64,000 bases of DNA from a virus (IMGVR_UViG_3300028591_000003:32001-96000); one strand, 5' to 3'. Counted from the stretch's first letter, positions 20,638 through 31,319 are shown. Notes: generated from the letters alone by a model not told the origin. Numbers and translations are program-made.

Positions 20638-21029
20638 TTTTTAATCTACAAAATATTCTTCTATCATCAATTTGAAGATCAGGCTTCCAATCTGAATCCC
20701 AAGGAAACCAATCTGTTAATATTTTACCTTTATTAGACCAATATTCATATCGTTTGTATGTCATATTGTTAAAAACCTTCAATAAGTCATTTAATTATCC
20801 TCTTTTGAGTTCAGTGAAGATAATATCTATTATTTCATATTGTTCAAGTGTAATGTTTTATAACTCTTTTAATTTAATTAACCATTCGATTTCTTTATTA
20901 AAAGAAAGCATTTTTTCTTTCTCAAGAGTATTTAGAGCAAATATAATTTCTTCCACAATACCTCGGTCTGCTGCTGACATTTGAATAAATGCACCTTTAC
21001 CTAATACTTTCATAAGTCAATCAATAAAT

Positions 21030-21224
21030 TTACCACCAAATAATTTCTATATTTTTTAATAGAGCATTATATTGCTCATCAGATAGTTTATGACCATAAT
21101 CATCTCCAGCAGCATTAGTCCAAATATAATGAGAGGACTTTTTACCAGCTATTAAACATATATTATGTATAGGAATTATAGTCCCATTTTCCGATATAAC
21201 ACATCTAATTTTATCCATAATCAC
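21030..21224 (-). CDS. hypothetical protein
   Basis: 64 aa ORF. Confidence 0.6.
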   Translation of the reverse strand: MIMDKIRCVISENGTIIPIHNICLIAGKKSSHYIWTNAAGDDYGHKLSDEQYNALLKNIEIIWW

Positions 21225-21249
21225 AACATTTTAAGTTCTTTCATAATTA

Positions 21250-21477
21250 TCATAATTTATATCCATATTCATCTTCTTCATCTTTGATAAAATATGTATG
21301 AGATACATCTTCTTGTTCATCAAGAACCAAATCTTTTAATTCACATTCAGTTATTTTAACTTCTTCAGTATATTCATGAGAACTATAATATCCACCATGA
21401 CAAGTTCTTATTATTATTTGTTTACCTTGCTGCTCTGCTTGGTAAAGTTCCATCAGTCTTCCTAAAGTCATAACCAC
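21250..21477 (-). CDS. hypothetical protein
   Basis: 75 aa ORF. Confidence 0.6.
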   Translation of the reverse strand: MVMTLGRLMELYQAEQQGKQIIIRTCHGGYYSSHEYTEEVKITECELKDLVLDEQEDVSHTYFIKDEEDEYGYKL

Positions 21478-21823
21478 AACAAACTAAGTTAAATATCGTT
21501 TCAACACAAGTATCAACATGGCTATTTGATGGTTCACCTAATATACAAGATGTTCCTTCTTTATTATAAGAATCACATCGCCAACCACTAAATGTTTTAT
21601 GTAATGAAGGAAATGGTAAAACATCAAGCAACGCTGCAAGACTCCAACAAGGAAACATTTTATAATATTCAGCTTGTTTAATTAACATATCCTTTTCCAT
21701 TCTTCGAAGAACACCGATTGTATAATTATTACAAGATGTTTCCATATAATACATATCCGCACTTTCAATTGGTAGTATCTTAGCAAGTGCCTTAGACTGT
21801 TCTAAATCTGTATATGATTTCAT
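21422..21823 (-). CDS. paralog family A (KSYTDLEQS...CWSLAALL)
   Basis: Motifs shared with 21820, 28322 and 31316. Confidence 0.8.
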   Translation of the reverse strand: MKSYTDLEQSKALAKILPIESADMYYMETSCNNYTIGVLRRMEKDMLIKQAEYYKMFPCWSLAALLDVLPFPSLHKTFSGWRCDSYNKEGTSCILGEPSNSHVDTCVETIFNLVCCGYDFRKTDGTLPSRAAR

Positions 21824-22233
21824 AATTTTTTACTTTCTTTTAACCAACAAATCATATCAAATGCAACATCAATTAAATTTTCTTTTTCTGCTGTATTTAT
21901 CATATCTTTCCAAGAAATACTTCCATCTTCATAAAGTTTATAATTACCATAGGCAATTTGATATAAATCAACATTATCTGTAAATTTATATTTACGAATT
22001 TCGATTTTGTATTTATACTTGCCAAATTTGTTTTCTGTCGTAAACTCACTCGGCAATAATTTCAATAATGCAGCAAGACTCCAACATGGATGTATAACAT
22101 AAGACACACCATCAACATCTTCATCGGAATTACTCTCTATGGTTTTATTTTGAAAGTCTGCAGTTTCAATTGGTAGAAACTCTGCTAATTTTTTACTTTG
22201 CTCTAAATCTGTATAACTTTTAATTGTTGTCAT
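21820..22233 (-). CDS. paralog family A
   Basis: KSYTDLEQSKKLA, PCWSLAALL. Confidence 0.8.
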   Translation of the reverse strand: MTTIKSYTDLEQSKKLAEFLPIETADFQNKTIESNSDEDVDGVSYVIHPCWSLAALLKLLPSEFTTENKFGKYKYKIEIRKYKFTDNVDLYQIAYGNYKLYEDGSISWKDMINTAEKENLIDVAFDMICWLKESKKL

Positions 22234-22252
22234 AGTTATTTAAATTATATTT

Positions 22253-22789
22253 TCAAGACAATATTTTATTGTCGATTTTTGCTTTAAGCCCAAGTTCAAA
22301 GAAGTGCTTGGCAATCCATTCAATATCATGCTTATTAAGTTCTACTCCACTAAATTCTCTTATCCTATAATTACAACAAGTAGATATAATCTCTTTCTCC
22401 AAGTCCACCTCTTTTATTTCAAAGTTTTCTTTATAACGTGGGTCTCTTGCAAGTTCAACACCATCATAACCACCACTAATACAAGCTTGTTCAATTTCCT
22501 TTCGCCACAGCTTCTGTTGTTCTTTTGTCAGTTGATTAAACAACTTACTTTCTACGTTGAAAGAATAATCTTCAGCATGCGCTTCTATACCACTTTTAAT
22601 GCTTTCATATTGAATACGCTGTTCATAAGGGTCTTTCACTTCGAGGGTGTCAAGAACACAAATAACATCATCAAATGCAGTAGTTCTTCCTTCCCAAAAA
22701 CCTTCATCATATTCATTGAAAATATTTCCAATGTCCATCTTTAATTTTTTTATCTCTACCACTACAGCGGCTTTGTCTATCAATTCCAT
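22253..22789 (-). CDS. paralog family D (LIDKA.VV.EI...KEVDLEKE...AKHF.ELGL)
   Basis: Shared with 25032-25352. Confidence 0.8.
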   Translation of the reverse strand: MELIDKAAVVVEIKKLKMDIGNIFNEYDEGFWEGRTTAFDDVICVLDTLEVKDPYEQRIQYESIKSGIEAHAEDYSFNVESKLFNQLTKEQQKLWRKEIEQACISGGYDGVELARDPRYKENFEIKEVDLEKEIISTCCNYRIREFSGVELNKHDIEWIAKHFFELGLKAKIDNKILS

Positions 22790-22794
22790 AACAC

Positions 22795-23019
22795 TTATTT
22801 AATTAGTTTAAAATGACCTCTTGTTGTGCCTTCTGGAAAACTAATTCCGCATCCATTACAACCACCGCAGAAACCTTTTACCCGTTCCATTCCTTCTGAA
22901 TAAAGGTCGCACCCTTCTCCTGAATTTGGAACAATGGCTTTAAAATGGTATTTCTTTCCATTAACTTTTACTATATCGCCTACAGCAAAATTCTTTCGTC
23001 CATATTCGTCGAGTTTCAT
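22795..23019 (-). CDS. small Cys-containing hypothetical protein
   Basis: 74 aa with C...CGGCNGC. Confidence 0.6.
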   Translation of the reverse strand: MKLDEYGRKNFAVGDIVKVNGKKYHFKAIVPNSGEGCDLYSEGMERVKGFCGGCNGCGISFPEGTTRGHFKLIK

Positions 23020-23240
23020 ATTTTGTTCTCCATATACTTTTTAAATTGTTCAATAAACCAATCTTTATGCCCTTCAAGACACACACGATAAGCATCCCAT
23101 TCTTTTAGGAATCCCACTGCTTTCTCAATAAAGGCATCCTTGCGGACATATTCAATGCCATTTTTTGTTATATTATGCCTATTTGCCATTAATCCATAAT
23201 ATTGGCTTTCATGAATATAAATTTTCTCTGGTATTTCCAT
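23016..23240 (-). CDS. paralog family C (PEKIYI...EY.RKDAF)
   Basis: Shared with 25515-25805. Confidence 0.75.
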   Translation of the reverse strand: MEIPEKIYIHESQYYGLMANRHNITKNGIEYVRKDAFIEKAVGFLKEWDAYRVCLEGHKDWFIEQFKKYMENKI

Positions 23241-23242
23241 AA

Positions 23243-23671
23243 TTAAATCAAGTTTTCCAAACAATATCTTATTGCTGCTTCAGCAGCTTCTTCATATTTT
23301 TCTGAAGGAAAATCTTTATCTGAAGATAAATCTTGACCAGTATTTGAATTAAATATAGCACAGGAGTAAATACCTTTACCAATCTTCCAAGGAAATATAT
23401 CAATATCATGTACTTCTCTCAGCCACTTCATTGCCATTTGAAGAGTTGGACAATAACATTTAGGCTCAGGAACTCCAACAGGGTATGAAGATAATGTTCC
23501 GGCTTTTACAATTCTGGTTTTTACAATCATTCTTTGGACTTCATATTCATCTTCATAATCTTCTTCGTTATATACCATAGAATGATATCTGTCATATTCT
23601 TGAGTAAACCCCTTCTTTTTCAATAGTTTCGCAACTTCAAATGAAACGTAATCTTCTGTAATTGTTGCCAT
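23243..23671 (-). CDS. paralog family B (YVSFE..KLLK.KGF...PTLQMAM.WLREVH)
   Basis: Shared with 25802-26185. Confidence 0.8.
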   Translation of the reverse strand: MATITEDYVSFEVAKLLKKKGFTQEYDRYHSMVYNEEDYEDEYEVQRMIVKTRIVKAGTLSSYPVGVPEPKCYCPTLQMAMKWLREVHDIDIFPWKIGKGIYSCAIFNSNTGQDLSSDKDFPSEKYEEAAEAAIRYCLENLI

Positions 23672-23673
23672 AG

Positions 23674-24066
23674 TTATTTCTCTTTTATATTATACATTCC
23701 TTTAGGTGCTTCAAGAGCAAGTCCCTTTTCAATCAATTCACGATAGTCAAAATGATGCTTGTTAAACCAATCACATAAATCATAATATTTGTATTTGCTT
23801 CCAATATTATTTATGCCATACGAAATATTGTAATATTCCTCATATTCTTCCTTAGTCATACTTGACATTGAACGAAGATATGGTTTAATTATCCAATATG
23901 CTGTTTCTGACTTTATATCTTTAATCATATCTGGTGAAAGAAAACAGTCAAAATTTGTTTTCTCATCATCTTCTTCAGTACAATTAATTATAACATTATA
24001 AGGCAATCTTGCTGAAAGGTCTTTTAACAGTATTTCTTTATCTTCTTTATTCATGTTCTTCGACAT
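23674..24066 (-). CDS. hypothetical phage protein
   Basis: LKDLSARLPY...KPYLR...HHFDYRELIEKGLA. Confidence 0.75.
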   Translation of the reverse strand: MSKNMNKEDKEILLKDLSARLPYNVIINCTEEDDEKTNFDCFLSPDMIKDIKSETAYWIIKPYLRSMSSMTKEEYEEYYNISYGINNIGSKYKYYDLCDWFNKHHFDYRELIEKGLALEAPKGMYNIKEK

Positions 24067-24206
24067 AATTTAAAAGTCTATTTGTAAAATCATCAACACT
24101 ATCATAGTGGTCTTGGGTTTCTACATATGTACCTGTCCAATCTGTATAAGTATCAAGGTTATCTTCACAAAATTTCCTTATAAGTTCTTTATCTTCTTGT
24201 GTCATA

Positions 24207-24473
24207 CTATTCTCCTTTCTGTTTGTTGAATCGGTTTAATACTTCTTGATAGTACTTATTGGTTGTCACATCAAAGCCATCTTTAAATACGTCAGTAAAT
24301 ATCTGGTCTATTGCCTCAATATCTTCCCAAGTAAGTTCCAAATCTTTCTCCGCTTGCTCGTACCCTTGTTGATATATGATTCTTTTAACTACATTTAAAT
24401 CATAAGAACCACGACTATCCCCATTAATGTTTAGAGGAAACGCTTCTAATGCTCTATCTTCTGCCTTACTCAC
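24207..24473 (-). CDS. hypothetical protein (ends at TAG)
   Basis: 88 aa ORF whose TAG abuts the next ATG. Confidence 0.7.
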   Translation of the reverse strand: MSKAEDRALEAFPLNINGDSRGSYDLNVVKRIIYQQGYEQAEKDLELTWEDIEAIDQIFTDVFKDGFDVTTNKYYQEVLNRFNKQKGE

Positions 24474-25030
24474 AATTCTATTTCTTTTGGAAGTTCAATA
24501 TCAAGCCAATATTTGATATTAGGAATATTCCATCCACCTTTGTCATAGGTCTTAGGATAATTTCTTGTAACCTTACCTGTAACAATATCCTTACCATCCC
24601 AATACTCTGGAGGTCTATGCCCAAATGCTACACTACCATTATCAAGCAACACAATAACTTCTCTATCAATCTCTGGCAAATCCTCTCCATCGGCAGGCTT
24701 CCAAAGATGTTCTTTTTGCCACTTAGCAACCCTCACAGCAATCCTTGATAACTTGGCAAATGACACCTCTGGGAACTGCTTGGATAGTTCATTGATATAA
24801 TCACCTAAGTCCTCGCTTACAGGCTCTTCTTTCTTGCGATATTTCAAAGGACACCTACCAAGTTCTGATTGTTGAAGAGAATTAATGAGAACAAGAATGC
24901 TTTCATAAACTCCATTTTGAAGAGCACAATCTCGTTTCATATTTATTTGTTCTGTATTTGATAGAACAATGAGCCTTCTTTGTTGCCTTTCTATTTCGGA
25001 TATTATCTTTTCTGCATCAACGTATTTCAT
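24470..25030 (-). CDS. hypothetical modular protein
   Basis: Likely start MKYVDAEK; W..A...LP...EVIV...YWLD C-terminal module. Confidence 0.75.
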   Translation of the reverse strand: MKYVDAEKIISEIERQQRRLIVLSNTEQINMKRDCALQNGVYESILVLINSLQQSELGRCPLKYRKKEEPVSEDLGDYINELSKQFPEVSFAKLSRIAVRVAKWQKEHLWKPADGEDLPEIDREVIVLLDNGSVAFGHRPPEYWDGKDIVTGKVTRNYPKTYDKGGWNIPNIKYWLDIELPKEIEL

Positions 25031-25031
25031 A

Positions 25032-25352
25032 TTATCCTCCTTTCTGTGCATTAAGTCCAAGTTCATAGAAATGTTTGGCAATCTCTTTTAATTGTTCAAC
25101 TACCAAATAGTTTGATGCTCCTTTAATTGCAATACCATTTAATTCAAAATAGATATTATCAAGAGTATTCAATTCCTTCTCCAAATCCACCTCTTTCACT
25201 TCAAGATTGTTTATGGATGACATTATACTCTTAACATACCATAAAGCAGTCTGTTCTTCGCTACTTAAAGAATCAAATGGCAGACCTGCATATATTTCAT
25301 CTATAAGTTTCTCTATCTCCGCTACTACAACGGCTTTGTCTATCAGTTTCAT
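25032..25352 (-). CDS. paralog family D
   Basis: See 22253-22789. Confidence 0.8.
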   Translation of the reverse strand: MKLIDKAVVVAEIEKLIDEIYAGLPFDSLSSEEQTALWYVKSIMSSINNLEVKEVDLEKELNTLDNIYFELNGIAIKGASNYLVVEQLKEIAKHFYELGLNAQKGG

Positions 25353-25514
25353 AATTGCCCTAATCCTTTAAAGAATAAATACATTTGCTTAACTTCCGAA
25401 TATCCATACTTTTCTAATAATGCAGCCGCAATCATATCACAATCTTTCTTTGTTAAGATTACATCGTATTGCTTACTTTGTAAATCATGGACTATTGCCA
25501 ATTTTGCCTTTGCT

Positions 25515-25805
25515 CTACTCATATTCCATATACTTTTTAAAATCTTCAATAAGCATCCCCAATGTAACACAGCCATTACGAACTAACACACTATTGACGT
25601 TTGGATTGTTTGTTATATTTTCCTTTAGCCAATCACAGGCCTTCTTAACAAAGGCATCCTTGCGAATATATTCAATATTTTCTTGACCTAACTCAGGTTC
25701 TTCTGTCCAAACATCATCAAAGTAAAGTTTCCTTGCAAATTTTGCATCTTTTTCACTGACATTAAAAGATTGAATATATATCTTCTCTGGTGCTTCCATA
25801 ATCAA
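25515..25805 (-). CDS. paralog family C
   Basis: See 23016-23240. Confidence 0.75.
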   Translation of the reverse strand: MIMEAPEKIYIQSFNVSEKDAKFARKLYFDDVWTEEPELGQENIEYIRKDAFVKKACDWLKENITNNPNVNSVLVRNGCVTLGMLIEDFKKYMEYE

Positions 25806-26185
25806 ATCAAATTTTTAAGACAATACTTTATTGCAGATTCACATGCTTGCTCATAAGTTTGGTGATCTTTCGATTTAATATTGTCGTAATAATTATCTCC
25901 TTGCCATAATGATGCTATATAACTTGAATATTTTTTATTAATATAATTATAGGCACGTGGCTCAATAATAATACAAATATTATGCACTTCTCTCAACCAG
26001 CGCATAGCCATTTGAAGAGTTGGCATAGAATACCACATATCATGTACATTCCAATTTCTGAAATCTCCTATATTATAGGTTATATCATCATCTATCTTTT
26101 GATAGTAATAGCGCACACTTACATCAAATCCTTTCTCTTTCAACAGTTTTGAAGTTTCAAAACTTACGTATGCTTCTTCTATCAT
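25802..26185 (-). CDS. paralog family B
   Basis: See 23243-23671. Confidence 0.8.
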   Translation of the reverse strand: MIEEAYVSFETSKLLKEKGFDVSVRYYYQKIDDDITYNIGDFRNWNVHDMWYSMPTLQMAMRWLREVHNICIIIEPRAYNYINKKYSSYIASLWQGDNYYDNIKSKDHQTYEQACESAIKYCLKNLI

Positions 26186-26241
26186 ACTACTATTTGTTTA
26201 AATTGTACATTTCTTCTGGTGCTTCATTTGCTTTCATAACT

Positions 26242-28317
26242 TTAATCTTTTAGTTTCTTTAATTGTTCATAGAGCGACACTAATGTGGCTTTATACCCTC
26301 CATAATCAAAGTTAGTAACATAACGTAAAGCATTCATTTGTTCTTCACTCGGCTTCCACATTGTTGTGCAATTTGTTTTACAACCAATTCTGTCTTTTAG
26401 GGACTTAAGCCAATAGTAAGCATATTCATTACCGCACTGTTCACATGATTTAATTACCATCTTTAGCATATTTTCATCCTCTTCGGTCCACTCAACTTTA
26501 GGCTGTACTCTGTCCTTTAGGGATTTGAGCCAAGTAATTGTGTCCTGCAATGTTAAATACCCATAATACTGAGTTCCATATTCTTCTAAGAAATGACATA
26601 AATTATTTATTCTGTTATTATCCTCTTCATCCATAATATTCTTCAACTCTTTCTTATCGGCATCCCACTCACAACCCGCTTCTTTCATTTTAGCAAAGAG
26701 AGTATCACGCTGTTTTTTGGCAGCAGGACATATCTTATTTCTTGTAGTTAATAATGTATCGTCCACTTCTTTACTGTGGAAATTATTTGTTTGCCCGTTA
26801 TACCAACAGTATAAAGAGATGCGACCTTGCACTGAATATGATTTAAATAGTAAAATTTCTTCGTTGCAAGCAAGTACATCGCCATCCTTTGCATCTTGGA
26901 TAGTCCAAAGATGATAAGAACACATATGACCTTGCCCATTATCAAACTGATAAGGTATTTTTACTTCCTCATTGCTTGGAGTAACTGCTATATAACAATT
27001 TAATTCATCATTTAATGAAATTATTTTAAATACATTATTTGCCCCAACAATCCAATCACCTTCATGAAACTTTGATTCAACCTTATCAACAGGTTTTCCA
27101 ATAAGTTCCCATCTAGCAGAATTTTCAAAACTACAAATAAACAAATCATCTGACCAATAACCAAAACAATCAATTCTAGTGATAGTCAGTGATCCTTCAT
27201 TGGCAGTCTTTATTTCATCACCAATTTGGAATTTTAATTTTCTTAGTACCTTCTTTTCAAAATCAAAGGTATATCCCGCATCTATCATCGCATTTTTAAA
27301 AGTATTGTACTGTTCTTTGGTGGCTGGATGTGGGTTTATTGTATCAAGGGCATAATAGTTTCCGATTTTAAACTTATTACCCTCCAACAAACAAGACACA
27401 TCAATTTTTCCTGTACTTTTATTAACATAACTCACAATACCAACTACAAGCCTTCCGTGGTCACCAAATTCAAGTACATCTCCAGCCTTTGCATCGACAA
27501 TATTCCATTCGTGTGCATCGTTCAATGAACTTGCATCAAACACATGCTCGTTACCATTAGTATCAATAAGTGTAACATTAAACCCATCTATTTTGGATAT
27601 AAGATATACACATTTCCCTGTTGCTACAATCCACTGCCCGACTTTAAAATGAAAGTTTGGTTCAACCTTATCAACAGGCTTGTGCTCAACAATCTCATTT
27701 TGGAATACAGAATTACCATCCTTATCCTCATACATTGGGTTATCTGTTCCGTCTTCAACAATATTGGCAATGGTAAAACTTACTAATCTTCCGAATGAAT
27801 CGTAATATATAGTATCGCCAACTTTATATCTTGCAAACGACTTCTGCTCATCTTGCTTTTCAGAACTAATATAAGGATTTTTATCTGACCATTCGGCACC
27901 TTTAATAAACCATTCCTCTTGCTCTATGATACCTGTAGCGGACATTGCTGCCTTTTCTATCTCTAATTTTCTCGATTGATTAGTAGGTTTTTCCATAAAT
28001 TTATCATTATATATTTTACCATCAACTTTACTTACATACCAATCCTTTGCTTTGAAATCAACGACAGCAGGCTTCTGCTCACTTTGCTTTTCAAGCCAAG
28101 CAAGAATCTTTTTAGGTTCGAGACCTGCAAATGTCTGTAGATGAAAATTATTAAAATAATCAATAAGGCCTTCTTTTATCTTTTCATCATCACTCTCTTT
28201 GAGTTCGGGGAAGATTCTTTCTAAAGTTGCTTTAAGATGCCTATCCTCATCTTTATATGCAACAACTGCTATTTTAATAGCCTCATCATAGGCTTTTACT
28301 TTTTCTTCTTGTGTCAT
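26242..28317 (-). CDS. large mosaic repeat protein (family E)
   Basis: 691 aa; repeated KF..G.W, W.I.DAK.GDVL, PA.K.Q..L and WLKSLKDR modules. Confidence 0.85.
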   Translation of the reverse strand: MTQEEKVKAYDEAIKIAVVAYKDEDRHLKATLERIFPELKESDDEKIKEGLIDYFNNFHLQTFAGLEPKKILAWLEKQSEQKPAVVDFKAKDWYVSKVDGKIYNDKFMEKPTNQSRKLEIEKAAMSATGIIEQEEWFIKGAEWSDKNPYISSEKQDEQKSFARYKVGDTIYYDSFGRLVSFTIANIVEDGTDNPMYEDKDGNSVFQNEIVEHKPVDKVEPNFHFKVGQWIVATGKCVYLISKIDGFNVTLIDTNGNEHVFDASSLNDAHEWNIVDAKAGDVLEFGDHGRLVVGIVSYVNKSTGKIDVSCLLEGNKFKIGNYYALDTINPHPATKEQYNTFKNAMIDAGYTFDFEKKVLRKLKFQIGDEIKTANEGSLTITRIDCFGYWSDDLFICSFENSARWELIGKPVDKVESKFHEGDWIVGANNVFKIISLNDELNCYIAVTPSNEEVKIPYQFDNGQGHMCSYHLWTIQDAKDGDVLACNEEILLFKSYSVQGRISLYCWYNGQTNNFHSKEVDDTLLTTRNKICPAAKKQRDTLFAKMKEAGCEWDADKKELKNIMDEEDNNRINNLCHFLEEYGTQYYGYLTLQDTITWLKSLKDRVQPKVEWTEEDENMLKMVIKSCEQCGNEYAYYWLKSLKDRIGCKTNCTTMWKPSEEQMNALRYVTNFDYGGYKATLVSLYEQLKKLKD

Positions 28318-28321
28318 AATC

Positions 28322-28705
28322 TTACTTGTTTACTTTAATATGTCCATGTTCTATTAGCCAGCATATCATTTCAAAGACTGCGTCAATATAGGTTTTATCT
28401 TCTACACGTTTGTTGCCTGTTACTATTCCGTTATGAACAAAAGTTATATCAATTCTAACATAGTTATATTTTTTGTAAGTTTGAATATGATCAGGCATCA
28501 ACTCTAAAAGGACTGTGAGAGACCATGCCGGCACATATCCTTTGGGGATTTCTCCCCTCATATCCAGAAATGGTCTTATCTGAGGAACGCATTGATTCTC
28601 TCCGTTGTAGAAATAACCCCACATCATATCAGCTGTACTTGGGTCAAGTCCAAGACTAAGCAGTTTCTCTGACTGTTCTATTGAGGTACATATTTTATTG
28701 TTCAT
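28322..28705 (-). CDS. paralog family A (divergent)
   Basis: CTSIEQSEKL..TADM..PAWSLTVLL. Confidence 0.75.
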   Translation of the reverse strand: MNNKICTSIEQSEKLLSLGLDPSTADMMWGYFYNGENQCVPQIRPFLDMRGEIPKGYVPAWSLTVLLELMPDHIQTYKKYNYVRIDITFVHNGIVTGNKRVEDKTYIDAVFEMICWLIEHGHIKVNK

Positions 28706-28851
28706 AATTCTATAACATTTACAACAGTACAATTTTCATACTTTCTTTCAAAATCGCTTATAGCTTTAGTTTTAGAAGTACTATTAACATAGTGATGTAT
28801 AAACTTCCGTGTAGATTCATCAAATGCAACTACAAAAAAATGTTCCATAAT

Positions 28852-29412
28852 TTAAAGTTGTTTAAGTTGTTCATACAAAGTTTCAAGGGCGTTTGGATAA
28901 CTTGTAAAATGTCCTTGATCTATTACTTCTTTGACTGATTTTAATTGTTCCTCAGTTGGTTTCCACCTTTGCTTTGGCTGTGGCTGCACTCTATCTTTGA
29001 GAGATTTGAGCCAAGACTTTAACTTTTCCGCGTATTCTTTTCTAAAAACATTTATTTTGGTAAGTGTTTTGAGTTCGCCAGATAGGGCATAAAAGTTATC
29101 TATGACCTCAATACAAGCTGCTAAATATTCTTTATCCTCTTCACTCCAATTAGGCTTCTGTGCATTTTCATACTTATTGTCTTTATGTATAACAAATACT
29201 TCCTTGATGCAACCTTTCGGAATAGTCGTAATATTAGAATACTGTTCTGGATCATTACCATAATTTTGTGCTATAGCAAGAAACTCATCAGTATCCTTGA
29301 CAACTACACCAAAAGAATTAATATATATCGGTTCTACCTCAATGTCCTCTGCAACAGTCCAATTCATATTTGAATTACAACTGTCTATCCATAAAACCTT
29401 TACTATCTTCAT
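28852..29412 (-). CDS. hypothetical protein with family E C-terminal module
   Basis: WSEED..WLKSLKDRVQP..WKPTEEQ..LYEQLK shared with 26242-28317. Confidence 0.8.
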   Translation of the reverse strand: MKIVKVLWIDSCNSNMNWTVAEDIEVEPIYINSFGVVVKDTDEFLAIAQNYGNDPEQYSNITTIPKGCIKEVFVIHKDNKYENAQKPNWSEEDKEYLAACIEVIDNFYALSGELKTLTKINVFRKEYAEKLKSWLKSLKDRVQPQPKQRWKPTEEQLKSVKEVIDQGHFTSYPNALETLYEQLKQL

Positions 29413-29425
29413 ATCTTTCTATTTT

Positions 29426-29611
29426 TTAATTGGTCATTGAAAAATCCTCTACTTTTCGCATTACATCTCTTAGTTTGACATTGTACAGTCTTTGAGACTC
29501 TTCAATGCGTTTATCTATTTCTTCAACCTGCTCTCTGCTAAATACAGAATTAAAATCTTTTTCTTCAGGAAATAGTTTTTCTGTTAATTTGTAATATTTT
29601 CGTTTTTTCAT
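29426..29611 (-). CDS. hypothetical protein
   Basis: 61 aa ORF. Confidence 0.55.
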   Translation of the reverse strand: MKKRKYYKLTEKLFPEEKDFNSVFSREQVEEIDKRIEESQRLYNVKLRDVMRKVEDFSMTN

Positions 29612-29616
29612 AATTG

Positions 29617-29717
29617 TGGAGCGTGTCAGAGTCGAACTGACTTGGAATCACCCATTACCAACACTTGTACTCGGTTCCCGATTTAAACAATCGTTACTGA
29701 TTGTATACTTACGCCCC
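29617..29717 (-). ncRNA. Ala-acceptor tRNA-like RNA (resembles tmRNA tRNA-like domain)
   Basis: GGGGCGT/ACGCTCC-A with G3.U70; GTCAG-TTCGACT-CTGAC T-arm; no canonical D or anticodon arm. Confidence 0.72.
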
Positions 29718-30052
29718 GTTTGTACCTGTCGATAGAAATACACATACGTGCAATATGTAAATCATATTCTGCAGGTACTTTGCACGATTTAAATCACTGA
29801 CCTTTTATTTCACACTCTCTCGCATGAATCTTTGTGATCACTCTATACCTTTTGAGTATAGTTTCGGGAACAAAGTTTGTTGGTTGTCAACACCACATCT
29901 TCCGACTTGGTTACATAACAATAACCTTTCAAACGTCTCTTTGGTACTTTTGCAAGGTATATTCTAAAACACAAGCACCTTTTCCCAAAGTCTATTACAC
30001 AACTATTAACAAAGTTGTATGTAAATCCGTATAGTCTTGTCATGCTTTATTG

Positions 30053-30349
30053 TTATTTCTTTTTAAGTTCGTTATATTTATTAAGTAAGGCTTCCTTACA
30101 TTTACTCAACCAATATTCTCTTTCTTCTTCTGTATCAAAAGAACCTTTATATTCGTCGTCTACTCTTTCGTTGAAAACTTTGTCACAAACTCGTATGTCA
30201 TTATCTGTAAGTTTTCCTTTTGGAAGATAATCGCAAGTCAAATGTCCCCAACGAAGCCTAATATATCCTATAATGTGAGAACCCTTATACGCCCAATATT
30301 GTTCTGGGCAACATCCGCACGTTTGTTCTAATATAATAGTATTTGCCAT
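30053..30349 (-). CDS. hypothetical phage protein
   Basis: TCGCCPEQY...GYIRLRWG. Confidence 0.75.
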   Translation of the reverse strand: MANTIILEQTCGCCPEQYWAYKGSHIIGYIRLRWGHLTCDYLPKGKLTDNDIRVCDKVFNERVDDEYKGSFDTEEEREYWLSKCKEALLNKYNELKKK

Positions 30350-30351
30350 AG

Positions 30352-30990
30352 TTATTTCTTTAAATTAGTGCATCCATTTTCGCAAGCAAGCACATCACCC
30401 TCTTTTGCGTCTTTAATAGACCAAAGATGATGTAGTCTATCGTATTCTTCTAAATTAACAGATTCTCCATCAACCACATAATAACTATTATATTCATCAA
30501 AATGAACTTCAGAAATTCGTCTTGCCTTTTTGTCTAAATTAGATACAGCCCAGTCTCCTTCATGAAACTTCGGTTCAACCTCATTAGCAGGTTTAGTTCT
30601 TCTCGGCTTAGCAACTCTCTCTAGTTGTGAAAGATTAACAAGTATTCCAGCCTCATTGCGAGTTACTTTATCGCCAACTTGAATTTTGGAAAGGAAATTG
30701 GCATGCTCACCTTGTTTTTCAAGCCAAGCAATCCATTTTTGCATTTTACCTACAAGAACCTTTGCATCATGAGATATTATTTCTTCACTTCTAATATTCT
30801 CTATAGTTTCCTTAAAATGACTTATTAGTTCTTTCCTTATCTTATCGTCCTCGGACTCTTTGAGCTCGGGAAAGACACTTTCTAAATCATCAGCATATAA
30901 CTGATTATCTCTTTGTTTATAACCTTTATAAAAATCCTTTGCTCTTTCAATAGCCTCGTCATATCTTTTAGCTTTTTGCTCTGTTGTCAT
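30352..30990 (-). CDS. family E protein, apparently 3'-truncated
   Basis: YDEAI..FPELKES..AWLEKQ..KFHEGDW..HLWSIKDAKEGDVLAC, then stop. Confidence 0.78.
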   Translation of the reverse strand: MTTEQKAKRYDEAIERAKDFYKGYKQRDNQLYADDLESVFPELKESEDDKIRKELISHFKETIENIRSEEIISHDAKVLVGKMQKWIAWLEKQGEHANFLSKIQVGDKVTRNEAGILVNLSQLERVAKPRRTKPANEVEPKFHEGDWAVSNLDKKARRISEVHFDEYNSYYVVDGESVNLEEYDRLHHLWSIKDAKEGDVLACENGCTNLKK

Positions 30991-30992
30991 AA

Positions 30993-31319
30993 TTATTCAA
31001 AATTAATTAAATCCTTCTCATATGCCCATCTAAATTCTCTATTAACATTAAACCCCAGATGTGCAGACCATTGTTCAGGTGTATAGGTATGTGCTTCCCC
31101 TTCTATATGTCCGTAAGCAGAACTAACAATAAAATCAGTAATACCATTTAGATTGTACTTAGGAACGACATTTTCACTATTCCAAACAGTGTTAGGGTTT
31201 AACTTCCTTTTAGCAGCAGCAATAGTAACCCAATCAGATGCAGACATATAAGGAAAATCTATTGCTCTGCTCTCAATACTTTCAAGACCTTGTATTATTT
31301 CTTTTTGTGTCATAATCAC
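30993..31319 (-). CDS. hypothetical protein
   Basis: 108 aa ORF. Confidence 0.7.
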   Translation of the reverse strand: MIMTQKEIIQGLESIESRAIDFPYMSASDWVTIAAAKRKLNPNTVWNSENVVPKYNLNGITDFIVSSAYGHIEGEAHTYTPEQWSAHLGFNVNREFRWAYEKDLINFE

